Notes: a model not told the origin generated them from the letters alone. Positions 9,009 through 21,258 are shown, counted from the stretch's first letter. The stretch is DNA of 32,469 nt from Octopus bimaculoides (GCF_001194135.2 NC_068982.1:175244357-175276825); one strand, 5' to 3'. Numbers and translations are program-made.

Positions 9009-9470
9009 ATTCTTATTACTCGTCTCTCATTTCATATCTCGGTGGCAATAACAACAGTACTAACATCGGAGGGGAAAAAGGAATAGCTGTAAAAATACGA
9101 TTGCAAGGGAGAAAGAAAATTACTGAGACAGAAAGAGCTGTAGCAACAGAAATTACTGTTGAGTCGATCCAGCAATCCATATATTTATTCAGTAGAAGTT
9201 GCAAAAATATGTTTTTCTTTCCTTAACCCTTGATATCATTAGAATTCAGTTTTCTACTTAGTTCTTCGTCTTGTTTCTTTTAATTTTAACCTCCTCAATG
9301 TAAATCCGATTTTTAATTTTCCAGTCTTTCGCATATTATGTAATATTATATTATGTAATATAACCTTCGCATATTATGTAATATAACTGCATAATGATGT
9401 GACGCAGCTGGTATTTTACAACATTCGCTCTCAGACGTTAGATTTTGGTCAAGAGAAATTAATGTTGGAT

Positions 9471-9509
<39 letters not shown>

Positions 9510-9749
9510 ACGCGCGCTTGATGTGTGCCTATAATTGTGCGTACACACACACACACACATATAATGTATGTCGTATATTTATTCAACGCAAAATGAAACA
9601 CCAAGTTTTACATCCATTTTTTCTTTGTATTTTCATTTTCTTTTCTTTCTCATCGTCGCCGTTGTGGTTGTCGTCGATGTTGTTGTTGTCATTATCATCC
9701 ATACACACACGAAAGATTAGACTGTTGGAAAATTATTATTATTATTATT

Positions 9750-10113
9750 GTTCAGTAGTTTTATTTTTATAACGTGCTTTCACTTCACTACCGAGCGCAG
9801 CTCTGTGCGCCTTGGGTATGTGCTGTGGTTTGCTGTGGTGCTTTTATGTTTACTGTATTGAAAGTGTTTTGCGTAGAATGTGTGCAGTACCCAGTAGTGC
9901 AATTTTCTGTATGTTACATATATTTGTAAGTCCTGGTATTTTTGTTATGTATTTGTCTGAGTATTTTTTAATTATACCTAAGGCACCTACTATGATAGGA
10001 ATTGTTTCTGTTTTTAGACTCCACATTCGAGTTATCTCTATTTCCAGGTCTTTGTATTTTGAAAGTTTTTCCATTTCTTTTCGAGAAACGTTGTCATCTG
10101 CTGGTATTGATAC
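9750..10113 (-). mobile_element. 3' end of an R4/Dong-clade RLE non-LTR retrotransposon abutting (TAA)n
   Basis: Uninterrupted VSIPADDNVSRKEMEKLSKYKDLEIEITRMWSLKTETIPIIVGALGIIKK...IQKIALLGTAHILRKTLSIQ* (stop 9852-9850). It has the RLE KE.EK..KY motif and the R4-type IP...GALG and QK.ALLGTA.ILR blocks. A 3' UTR of about 100 nt is followed by (AAT)6 at 9749-9732. The 5' part lies in the gap. Confidence 0.85.
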
Positions 10114-10987
10114 NNNNNNNNNNNNNNNNNNNNNNNNNNNNNNNNNNNNNNNNNNNNNNNNNNNNNNNNNNNNNNNNNNNNNNNNNNNNNNNNNNNNNNN
10201 NNNNNNNNNNNNNNNNNNNNNNNNNNNNNNNNNNNNNNNNNNNNNNNNNNNNNNNNNNNNNNNNNNNNNNNNNNNNNNNNNNNNNNNNNNNNNNNNNNNN
10301 NNNNNNNNNNNNNNNNNNNNNNNNNNNNNNNNNNNNNNNNNNNNNNNNNNNNNNNNNNNNNNNNNNNNNNNNNNNNNNNNNNNNNNNNNNNNNNNNNNNN
10401 NNNNNNNNNNNNNNNNNNNNNNNNNNNNNNNNNNNNNNNNNNNNNNNNNNNNNNNNNNNNNNNNNNNNNNNNNNNNNNNNNNNNNNNNNNNNNNNNNNNN
10501 NNNNNNNNNNNNNNNNNNNNNNNNNNNNNNNNNNNNNNNNNNNNNNNNNNNNNNNNNNNNNNNNNNNNNNNNNNNNNNNNNNNNNNNNNNNNNNNNNNNN
10601 NNNNNNNNNNNNNNNNNNNNNNNNNNNNNNNNNNNNNNNNNNNNNNNNNNNNNNNNNNNNNNNNNNNNNNNNNNNNNNNNNNNNNNNNNNNNNNNNNNNN
10701 NNNNNNNNNNNNNNNNNNNNNNNNNNNNNNNNNNNNNNNNNNNNNNNNNNNNNNNNNNNAACAGCTTCATTCAGAATCATTGGTCGGATTGTGCAGAATG
10801 AATGAAAACATTTATTTGTGCATTCATCAAAGAATATTTAAAACTTAGAGGAAGGCCTGCTTATAGAATATTTTAGATTTTTATGAGATTGAATTTGAAT
10901 TATATTACTGTTCATTCTCAAGAGGATTAGAGGTAATACTCTTGGCGTCAAATGACCAGTAGCTGCTATGATCTGTCTATCTATCTA

Positions 10988-11078
<91 letters not shown>

Positions 11079-11250
11079 GTCCTCCTGTCTGTCTTTCTGT
11101 CTGTCTGTACACATACATATGTATACATAGGTGTGTGTATGCTTGTATATATATATGAACATATATGTACGACTGTATGTACGTACACAAGCGCACGCAC
11201 ACACTAACGCACACGCACGCATGCGCGCGGACACACGCACACTCACACAC

Positions 11251-11284
<34 letters not shown>

Positions 11285-11313
11285 TGTAATGATGAAAATA
11301 CCAACACAGAAAT

Positions 11314-11341
11314 GACGTTTAGAGTTTAAGCACTTCTTCAG
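11314..11341 (-). ncRNA. Decayed minimal hammerhead-like motif (same family as 29370-29404)
   Basis: Minus strand CUGAAGA-A-GUGC-UUAA-ACUC-UAAACGUC. G12 is replaced by U, stem II is mismatched and stem I is lost. Plus-strand context aligns with 29375-29412. Confidence 0.4.
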
Positions 11342-12158
11342 AAAATCTAGTAGAAGGAAACGTGTACAACACCCCACCCCGCAAAAATGGGATCAATTGA
11401 GAAATACAGTAATATCTGAGTTATGTCACATTAAAATAACAAAAGTGAAGAGGAGCAAAAGCGGTTTCATACTTACGAGATTAACAAGGGACCGAGATAG
11501 CGTGACCGTGTACTCCCGAATGCCTATCCGTGTCATTTGAACTCTAAACCCATGCGTTTTATGTATCATTGTGTACATTTTGAACCTTGTACGTATTATG
11601 TATAAATGTAATGTTACAAAGTGTATGCGTGTGTATGTGCACTTTGGTTTGTTTATATGTACCATATGGACGTTTGAAAATGTGTGTGCTTGTGTTAACG
11701 AAAACGTGGTGTGTAGATATGCGAATGTGTATCTGGCGCTGTTTAGTGTGGACTATGCATGTGGTAATGTTTAGTCTGATGTCCGTTCGTGTACGTGTGT
11801 TGTGTTATGAAGGTGATAGAGTGCTGCTANNNNNNNNNNNNNNNNNNNNNNNNNNNNNNNNNNNNNNNNNNNNNNNNNNNNNNNNNNNNNNNNNNNNNNN
11901 NNNNNNNNNNNNNNNNNNNNNNNNNNNNNNNNNNNNNNNNNNNNNNNNNNNNNNNNNNNNNNNNNNNNNNNNNNNNNNNNNNNNNNNNNNNNNNNNNNNN
12001 NNNNNNNNNNNNNNNNNNNNNNNNNNNNNNNNNNNNNNNNNNNNNNNNNNNNNNNNNNNNNNNNNNNNNNNNNNNNNNNNNNNNNNNNNNNNNNNNNNNN
12101 NNNNNNNNNNNNNNNNNNNNNNNNNNNNNNNNNNNNNNNNNNNNNNAAGGCACAAATA

Positions 12159-12204
<46 letters not shown>

Positions 12205-12887
12205 GTTGTGTTATTGTGTATATTGTGGTGTATATTGTGTATGTTGCTACAGTCTGGTACATATGAATGTATGTACGCGACTGTGTGCTAGTGACAGGGA
12301 TTGGGGCTTTATGTGTCCTTCTACTGTTATTGCATGTGTTTTCCTTGTTATTGGCACATCGCAGAAATATCTAAAGCATAAGACACATTTCTGTACATAG
12401 ACGTAGACATATAAGTTCTCATGCACACATAGCTACATGCAGATTTGCTGGTACCCCATGTAAGTGTGTAATTGTTTTCAAATATTTCGTTACTCATATT
12501 TTGTACCAGGGAACCTCCGCACAATTGCCTGATGTGCTCGCAGTAGTAGCGCCAAGTCTCTCTCAAATATAAAAGAAAAAACAAAGAAAAAAGGAAGGAC
12601 AAATTGAATTATGTACTCCAGAGTCACTAATAAGACGTAGGAGTAGACAACAACAGCAATCATTTGAACTTCTATGGAATTGCCCTACACTGTATCTTTA
12701 GATATTTCTATCACTTCTAAGAGATCACTTGAAAATAATATTTAATGCTTCTTTCACATAGTATCTTATACATGATTAAGCTAAATATTATTTTGTTGTA
12801 CTGAAGTCAATATTGATTAATCTGACGTGTTGACTAATCTAACAATTCTTAGCTTTCTAGGCTCTTTCGTTTTCTTTTGATAACAGA

Positions 12888-13070
12888 TTGTTGTAGCTTA
12901 GCCCTAGGTCTGCGTGCCTATGATCTAAAGTATTCAATCAGTGATCATCAAGTCTTATTTTTCAGACAGTGTAATCGAATGTTCTTTTTGTTTTTTGTTT
13001 TTTCTTAATACAAAGGGTGTTCTATCTGAGGGGTATTTTGGCTACTGTTTCTAGCGAATCAAGTGACCTC
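12888..13070 (-). mobile_element. SINE family D (CAA-tailed), decayed
   Basis: Reverse complement GCTAGAAACAGTAGCCAAAATACCCCTCA...GACCTAGGGCTAAGCTACAACAA aligns to 28415-28550. Confidence 0.6.
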
Positions 13071-13440
13071 ATTGGTTTCTGAATTATGAAATGATTGTCT
13101 TGCAGAAAAATTGTTTAAAAATTTTCAGTACGTCGGTGTATGATTTCGAAATTATTTTATATCTTTCATTTTAACCGTCTACATATAACCTATTCATTCG
13201 TTGTGAATACCTTGTCAGTAAACCGATTTAGCTTCTGACCTCTAGAAACTGAACTAACTTTTTACTTATTTATTTATTTGCTGAAATAACAGATAAAGCA
13301 CCAGTAAGACTTTACATTCTCTCTTACAAGTCGATATATTTTCTGCCTATCCGTTAGCATGAGGCTGGTTTGGAGCTTCTACAGCTCAAAAAAAAAATAA
13401 TAATACTGCCGTTATTTTCACTGAATATCACTGACTGAAG

Positions 13441-13626
13441 CGTGACGAGAAATAACAACCAAATCTACTTCATTGACATTGTGCCATCTTTACCATAAAG
13501 GTAAAAGACATGCATGAGTAGGATAATGTAGCCCTGCATACATTACACCTTAAACAAAGTCAATTATGTTTACAGCTTGAACACCTTTGATCATAAGACT
13601 GCTTAATTAGAACCTGATGCGACTAC
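13441..13626 (+). mobile_element. SINE family D, decayed
   Basis: GAGAAATAACAACCAAATC...GGATAATGTAGCCCT...CCTTTGATCATAAG aligns to the other D copies. Confidence 0.5.
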
Positions 13627-13789
13627 ATCAAAATCTACTTCCTACTTTTGAGCAATAAATGCGGGATTGATGTTCAGTGCATCATTTGATGCTTGCCTGT
13701 AGGCATTAATGTACACAGTGCCATTAATAACAGACTTTATGTCGTTTAACTTCCTTATTTGGGTTATGCTTAAAATTTGTTATTGCTGT

Positions 13790-13920
13790 GTCTTTTAGCA
13801 GATTCACCATCACTCTTCCTTGGAACTGCAATACTGATTGCTCCAAAGGAGCTTCTATGTGATAACTTAATCTGCAATAAATAAGAACCAATTCTCTCTC
13901 AAATCATGTCCTACAGTTTC
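13790..13920 (+). mobile_element. SINE family D fragment
   Basis: 13851-13914 GCTTCTATGTGAT...CTCTCAAATCATGTCCTAC aligns to 28394-28457 GCTTCTATGCGAT...CTCTCAAATCATATCCTAC. Confidence 0.6.
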
Positions 13921-13991
13921 CGATCATACTTCTCCTGTATCAGAACTGATTTGGGCTGAACAACAACACTTTTCCTTCTTACCAGCCACAT

Positions 13992-14031
<40 letters not shown>

Positions 14032-14107
14032 AACACATAAACACCATTCCCCTTAACAAGATTAAAACGTGAGGAATTATGCCCAACATCCACAGTATAC
14101 ATGCAAA

Positions 14108-14272
14108 ATATTCTTTTCTACTCTAGGCACAAGGCCCGAAATTTTGGGGGAGGGAGCCAATCGATTAGATCGACTCCAGTACGCAACTGGTACTTAATTT
14201 ATCGACTCCGAAAGGATGAAAGGCAAAGTCGACCTCGGCGGAACTTGAACTCAGAACGTAAAGATAGACGAA
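14108..14272 (-). mobile_element. SINE family A, 5'-truncated, little diverged
   Basis: Clear match to the family-A core and B-box; the A-box is missing. Tail variant GCCTTGTGCCTAGAGTAGAAAAGAAT. Confidence 0.9.
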
Positions 14273-15037
14273 TATACATACATGATATTGTGAAGAAACC
14301 AAAGGGACACACGAAATGCGTCACTTTTACCCAAGTCAGTAAAATGAAAGTAGTTTACAAACAACAAATCCACCTTGCGTTATAACTGCTGTCTCAGATT
14401 CTAGTGTCTCCTCAACAGACCACAACATACATGGATACAAAACAGGGCCTTTCGTGTCATTATAGCTTGCACTTAGATCAGTTACACAGTGAGAGCAATA
14501 TATTTAAAATGGACATGCAAAGCGCAAAGTTTGTTGCCATAGGAGATCCTAACTCGTAAAGTCAGTGTAATACGTGTAAAAATCACTGAAATATCCAGTC
14601 ACATCAACAACAACCTTTAACATTATTACATCATTCTAAGAAGAGTAAGCAACGTATTCAGTGAATACAAGTATTAAAAAAAAATCGCATACACACAAAA
14701 TGACAATATCAATACCCTTATTAGCACCAAACACTGTCATGAGATCCACTCCAGCAATAGTAAGTGCAGAAGAAACAACAATTGCCACGTTCTTAAAGAT
14801 TCTCTCATTTTAGCATTCTGTGGTGATATTCAGAAAATAAATCCAAATAGTAAACGGACATTTGAACTTTTACGAGTTGACATTTCCGAGATTATCGATT
14901 CCTCTCTTCGTTAAAAATTAAATATAACTATATCACAGAATTTGTCAGATTTGATTGGCACGATAAATGACTTTATCATTGTGTAATATAATGATTTTAT
15001 TAAAATTTACAAAATTTTATTTGAAAAGATATTCTGT

Positions 15038-15085
<48 letters not shown>

Positions 15086-15949
15086 CCACACATTCCTTCT
15101 CGTGAAACTTATATAACTTTTGCTTGAATATTATATCATACATCATAGTTTTATGATTTCCTCATGCATCACTGTGGTAATGATAAAAAGATACTTACAG
15201 ACTTATCAGTTTTAACTACTTACGTGGTTCTATTATATAATTTTACATTCAGTGTCGGGATTTTCACTGATAAACGTTATATAATTTTGGAATTGGTCAC
15301 TTCTAGAAATACACGTGTGAGTATTTAGCACCGTTGTGATTTGGGATGTGTTCTTGTGTATATTGTAGCAATGCAGTGTTACAGATATTTTACAATTTCT
15401 ATTGTTACGCTTATACTATCAACAAAAAACGTATGTCTTCTTTAATGCTTTCTAAATATTTTTTGTGGGATCATTGTTGAGGAGAGAGGTTTTTCTGTGC
15501 ATATTTTCTTTAACTGTCTTTTAGCTGTCCTTTCTTTTATTTCTTTTGCTTAATGTATTAGTGTTACGGATATATTTGCTTTTAATATTTAGCCGTATCA
15601 CTGTTCTGCCTATGCTTTACTATGGGTATAGTTGCCTGCTATACTGAACTTGTAGCAGCATTTAGAGTTTTGCCGTGTCTACTATCAAAGTAGTTATCCG
15701 ATCTAACATCAAGCTAGTTTCTATTTGGACAAAAGCCATTCGGATTTAGATGGATCATTCAGAGGAGGAGGAGGGCAGCGCATAGCTTTTGCAATGCCTC
15801 CAAGAGAGGTGGACAGAGCAAAATTTCTCCAGAATAACTGTAACGGAATGAATTTTACTTAAGGAACCTAACGAAAATGTGGTGATGTTAAACCAAATGA
15901 CAAGTTGTCTCCAACTGAGGACGGGGTACTATTCATCTGACGAGTTTTT

Positions 15950-16075
15950 TTACGGTTTCCGGCCAACACAATGTCATTCATAGATCTTGGGTTGCTCTGG
16001 GGTTATGATAGAAGAGAGTTGCTTAAAATGCCACTCATTAGAATCGAACGCAGAACTGTGAGATTTCAAGCCAAA
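15950..16075 (-). mobile_element. Decayed SINE family C
   Basis: TACGGTTTCCGGCCAAC...GGGGTTATGATAGAAGAGAGTTGCTTAAAATGCCAC aligns weakly to 2665-2760 and 3940-4010. Confidence 0.4.
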
Positions 16076-16159
16076 TTTAATTGACTTCACAGTTATGCAT
16101 GTGCATAGTAAACATCAAAATTGTATTTGTTGGTACTCACTGAGTTCTCATATATTGGT

Positions 16160-16545
16160 TTCAAATTTTGGCACAAGGCCAGCAATTTCGAGGGAGGAGA
16201 TAATTCAATTACATCAAGCACAGTATTCAACTGGTACTTATTTTATCGAGTCCGAAAAGATGAAAGGCAAAGTCGACCTCGTTAGCCCGGCTTGCTAACG
16301 ATTCTTATTTCTTTATTGCCCACAAGGGGCTAAACATAGAGGGGGGGGACAAACAAGGACAGACAAAGGGGTTAAGTCGATTACATCGACCCCAGTGCGT
16401 AACTAGTACTTAATTTATCGACCCCGAAAGGATCAAAGGCAAAGTCGACCTCAGCGGAATTTGAACTCAGAACGTAGCGACAGACGAAATACCGCTAAGC
16501 ATTTCGCCCGGCCTGCTAACGATTCTGCCAGCTCACCGCCCTTGA
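16160..16545 (-). mobile_element. Composite of two family-A SINEs with different tails
   Basis: Copy 1 (16160-16305) is internally deleted at 16281/16282 and truncated at CTAACGATTCT. Copy 2 (16306-16545) is near full length with tail GTTTAGCCCCTTGTGGGCAATAAAGAAATA. Confidence 0.85.
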
Positions 16546-19397
16546 GTTCCTATATATTAGTAGGACCTTAATATGAAGGATTTATCAAAGATTTGTAACT
16601 GATATAATTGTGCTATGAAGTTCATTTTACAACCATGTTAAGATACAACTGTGCAGCACTTTGAACAAGTGTCTCTTGCAAAATATTCTAAACCGGTGCT
16701 TCCAAACAAAGCTTAATAGTAGCAATCTTACATATTTCTTTTTGTATTTAATTAATTGCTCTAAACTCATAGACTCTATATCCACACGTACACACAAATA
16801 AACTCTCAATTTCAAACATATGAAATGTCTTCCTAATCCTTAATAAATCCCTGGATCAGCCCTAAAGACTTGAGTTTTCATGTCCACCTCTCTCCAGGCT
16901 ATTTATGGCAACCTTAAATCCCCAATAAGGCATGTTTTTTGAAAACGACAGTATAGTCATGATTGAAAAGTTGTATGTCTTCTCAGTCAAGGTTGATCTG
17001 GAACTGTTCAACAACCAACCACACGTTACGATCAAAACAGGTTCCACCAGCCATATTTTACCCTCTAAACCTTTGTCCTTTGGCTACACCTCATATCATT
17101 CTATTCCCATGAAAATGTTGACTTTATTAATTTTTACAGTATTTGCAAACTATATGTGATTGCTCGAAACAGTTGAAACATTTCAGCTGCAATGAATTCT
17201 TTATGTTGCAACAGAAAAAGAATACCCAGTTTTACTCTACGAAGCCAGTAACTGTTAAATATAATGGTCTGGCAAGAATTAATGTATCACGAATACCGAA
17301 ATTTTCAGTGCCTCTTTTCTATTCACCACTGCACCAACACTCTTGCCGTTTTCTGCAGTCCTCAATCTCCTTTCCCGTCCATCCAATCCTGCCGTGTCTT
17401 TAATTCAACTCATTGTCTCTTTATTTCTCCAGCAAGATTAATTACTGGTCAGTCAACGTATAGTTTTTTGAAAAGTAATAACTCTTTAATTGAATCAGCC
17501 TTAAACTACGAGTAGAATTTATTTCTATATTTCATTTTTATTTTTCATATCTAATAACTTTTGTGTATTTTTAATTATTTCCATAATGCGTTGTGTAACG
17601 TAGACAGTTTTTCTTCTCATTCTGACTTCGAATATAAAAGCTTGTAATATTTAGACTACTCTACACTCAACCTCTCTTCATAATCAATTCTTCATGCCCC
17701 TCTTTCTCAAATAGTGATGTTGTAGCTTCATTTTAACCTTCTCTCTCTTTGTCCTGCTAAGATTATCTACCAATCAGACAGAATATCGTCTGAACGAACT
17801 TTAATTTAACCCGATTACACTAAATAACCGTCCTCCAACTATCAGAATATTGCTGGGTCACACCACTCTTCACAGCTTCTCGTTCCTGTACCGATGGTGT
17901 TGGAATAGAAGCCGAATTCATTGTTATCTTGAACTGCTTGCACCAGTTAATATTATCTACTCGTATCCTGGACTTTGATTTCTTATTCACCTGTTTACCC
18001 GTTCTTAACCGTCTCTCTATCCATCAAACCGTCTAATCATTAAAAAAAAAACAGTGGCACTCCACAGATTGCTTACCATACAACGCCCCAAGCTTCATCC
18101 TTTTGATAATCCAAGACGGCCCATTCAAACCATCCTTCTCAGTATATCTTTTCACATCCCTCACACAATAAAGGCCCCAAATCTCTGTTCCCTCCAGTGA
18201 CTCAACTGCATCAAATCAAAAGTCGTTCCTCTTTACTAATTAGAAGGCATTCAACCATACAGCGGTGTTTACGAGGCAGCTATAAGAATATTTCAAAAGT
18301 ATCCTTTTTCTGTTGCACTTGTGTCTCAAATTTCACCTGGTTCTTCTTGTAAAAGCTGTAAAAATGCTTAGATTCGATGAGACTATTTTATGTATATATT
18401 TAAAAAGGAGCATGTATTCATATATTCATAATATAATATGTTTGCTGTGAAATATCAGTTCTTATATTTTGGGTAAGGTTTTATTTATGAATGAATTCAA
18501 TAGCTTCCTTAGCAACCGTGAAAATGACTTCATATTAGATACTTTGTTTCTATCCCTCTCTGCGACATAATAAATAAGATTTCTTGAACACTGGTATTTT
18601 CTCGTTCTCAAACTTTCTGCCATGTACACACTGTCGGTAAATTTGGTAACTGTCGCTCCTATTTAACAAGTCAATCGGCTAAGACAATGGTTTTTCAGTT
18701 ATTCCCATAATGATGTGTTCTATATTTATCGTTGAAAAATCTTTCAATCTATTCTTCCAGAAATCTCTCACAATGTAACACGATGTATTCAGTCATCTAA
18801 AAATGTAATCTCTATCTTCTCTGCCAGTTATCCACCTTTCATTCATTTGAAATATTAAAAAAGTGTTGGAGATAGTCTTTAAGGGATTCTCTTTCATCAA
18901 GTTGAGCTTCTCTCTCATCAGTAAACGCCGGAGATTTGCTGGTTAATGTCACCTTAACATTCATTCGAAGCAATGTCATTGAACTTCAGTAAAACCTTAA
19001 AGCGCATTTCATATGAAAACTTCCTCGTAAAGTTGCCACCCTTCCCAATTCATACGTCTCTCGTTCCTTGAGCTGAAAGTTTTTTTTTACACTGCTTCCT
19101 TGAAGTTTAAGCCGTTGGGGCTATTTCTGACTCTCATCGGGTGCGTTGAACAGTTCGTTAGGTTTTTCTTTTATACACTTATGCAGATTTATGACTAACC
19201 GATGTCATTTCTAACAATACACGCTCATATGCAGGTAATAGTGTTTCTTACTTCTCCCTCACCTTCTACACTCATGCATCATTAATATGCAACCTAGACA
19301 CCTTACTCACACCATACTTTTATTGTCTTCGCTGACATTTCCTCGAAAAAGTCCTTCAATATGGGACACCTCTGAGTATTTTTTCTCTTTCAAGTGT

Positions 19398-19743
19398 TGT
19401 TGATCCGATCAACGGAAAAGCCTGCTCGTGAAATTAGCGTGCAAGTGGCTGAGTACTCCACAGACACGTGCACCCTTAACGTAGTTCTCGGGGATATTCA
19501 GCGTGACACAGTGTGACAAGGCTGACCCTTTGAATTACAAGCACAACAGAAACAGGAAGTAAGAGTGAGAGAAAGTTGTGGTGGAAGAGTACAGCAGAGT
19601 TCACCACCATCCCCTGTCGGAGCCTCGTGGAGCTTTAGGTGTTTTCGCTCAATAAACACTCACAACGCCTGGTCTAGGAATCGAAACTGCGATCCTATGA
19701 CCACGAGTCCTCTGCCCTAACCACTGGGCCATTGCGGCTCCAC
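19398..19743 (-). mobile_element. tRNA-derived SINE, family B2, with perfect 11-bp TSD
   Basis: Head GCAATGGCCCAGTGGTTAGGGC...GCAGTTTCGATTCC. The tail is shared with 3545-3690 but the centre differs. TSD CTTTCAAGTGT at 19387-19397 and 19744-19754. Confidence 0.9.
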
Positions 19744-20515
19744 CTTTCAAGTGTAGAAATGCGCAATAGTACACATGAAAGAAAGCAGCCTCGTATATCG
19801 CTCACCCAGGTCATAAACAGCTCTCAATTAACATCTTCAGATCATTTCAGAATGCAACATTTGACAGTGTCTTACGATATACCATCACGACTTGACATTT
19901 GTAACATCGTCAAAACTGAATCCATCTGAGACATTTGGCATTTGCTACCGAGTTATCACATTCAGGGCTTAACTATTGAAGATACTGTTCATGCGTATGT
20001 GAAATTAATTCTGATACACCTATAAAGACTGGTCGCATCTCAGAAAGGGTTCTGTCTTTCATTCAGCTTACTGTGTCTCACTTTCACTGCCCCTACTAAT
20101 CTCTTTATCGCTTTCCACAACTTTTCTCCCGCAGAACTGTTATCCAAAATGATCCATCACTGTGCATGCATTCTTACATACACTGATATACAAACGCTCA
20201 AACCAAAGATCAATTACATTGATCTTACCAATCTGGGAAGAATTTCGAATGTATGATTACTTCTAGCTCAGCAGCTCAGGATCTAGTCTTTGGTAACACG
20301 ACAATGCTGACAATACATTCAAGATATATCTTGTTCTTTCGATGTAGTTACAACAACCAGAGTATGTGTGTGTATGTGTGTGGAGAGAGAGAGAGTAAGT
20401 GGGGAAAGAAGGGAGAGAGAGAGAGAAAGGGATAGGGAGATAGATAAATAGATAGATAGATAGATAGATAGATAGANNNNNNNNNNNNNNNNNNNNNNNN
20501 NNNNNNNNNNNNNNN

Positions 20516-20561
<46 letters not shown>

Positions 20562-21110
20562 CGGGCATTGATTAATGAACATGTTTACTGTTGATCGTTC
20601 GTCAGATTTTGACTTATCTACTATTCAAAAGTGAGCCGCATGAAAGTAGACAAGGAATTGTATAAAGCTGACGGATTCGACATTGTCTGTCGCTACGTAA
20701 CACATTATACATTTATTTATTCACAATCAGCGGTGCCCAAAGTGGATGTGATTGCCTCAGGAGACATTCAACGACTGAAGGCAATGTAACAAGTCAAAAT
20801 ATTGCAAAGAAGGTCGTTGGGTAATTGTCAACGGCATTTGAAGTTTCGTAACATTATAATCATTAATAATCATTTACAAAGCGGCTGACTTTGGAGATAG
20901 ATGTAGCTACCCTCCGAAAGGAGGGAAAGATGAAATTTCGAAATGGCTGTCGTTTATTTTATCATCCTCCAAACCCTGATCCCTAATAAAAGCCACTAAC
21001 CTGAAAACTAAGTTCATACTCTGCTTAGCCGTGACAAAAAGATTAAAGGGGTTCTATAGATTGGTCAAGCCATGAATGCCTCAAGACAAAGGGTAAGTAA
21101 ATGTCCTATC

Positions 21111-21258
21111 TTCTACTTCCTCCTCCTTCTGTTCTTCCTCATCCTCCTTCTGTTCTTCCTCATCCTCCTTCTGTTCTTCCTCATCCTCCTTCTGTTCTTC
21201 CTCATCCTCCTTCTGTTCTTCCTCATCCTCCTTCTGTTCTTCCTCATCCTCCTTCTGT
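21111..21258. repeat. 21-bp minisatellite (TTCTTCCTCATCCTCCTTCTG)n running into a gap
   Basis: Six identical units at 21132-21257 plus one variant unit at 21111-21131; continues into N. Confidence 0.97.

Noticed and set aside
13600-13880. Minus-strand acceptor and peptide (LSYHIEAPLEQSVLQFQGRVMV...) resembling an exon or Tc1 fragment
   Set aside because: The acceptor and much of the frame are the antisense of a D-family SINE fragment (13790-13920); multiple stops.
14690-14800. Hydrophobic minus-strand frame KNVAIVVSSALTIAGVDLMTVFGANKG and a plus-strand GTAAGT at 14760
   Set aside because: In-frame stop just upstream, no convincing acceptor, no recognisable family.
15718-15860. Protein-like plus frame FYLDKSHSDLDGSFRGGGGQRIAFAMPPREVDRAKF
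   Set aside because: Short, bounded by stops, purine-rich acceptor context, not recognised.
17150-19390. Strand-skewed 2-kb stretch suggestive of an ancient LINE on the minus strand
   Set aside because: Only scattered 4-6 residue resemblances with inconsistent domain order. It needs an HMM or RepeatMasker search before it can be called.
20575-20610. CTGACGAA...TAAACATGTT on the minus strand
   Set aside because: G12 is absent and stems I and II do not pair; compatible with chance.
21111-21258. Regular repeat considered as a CRISPR-like array
   Set aside because: Units are contiguous with no spacers and the sequence is eukaryotic; it is a plain minisatellite.
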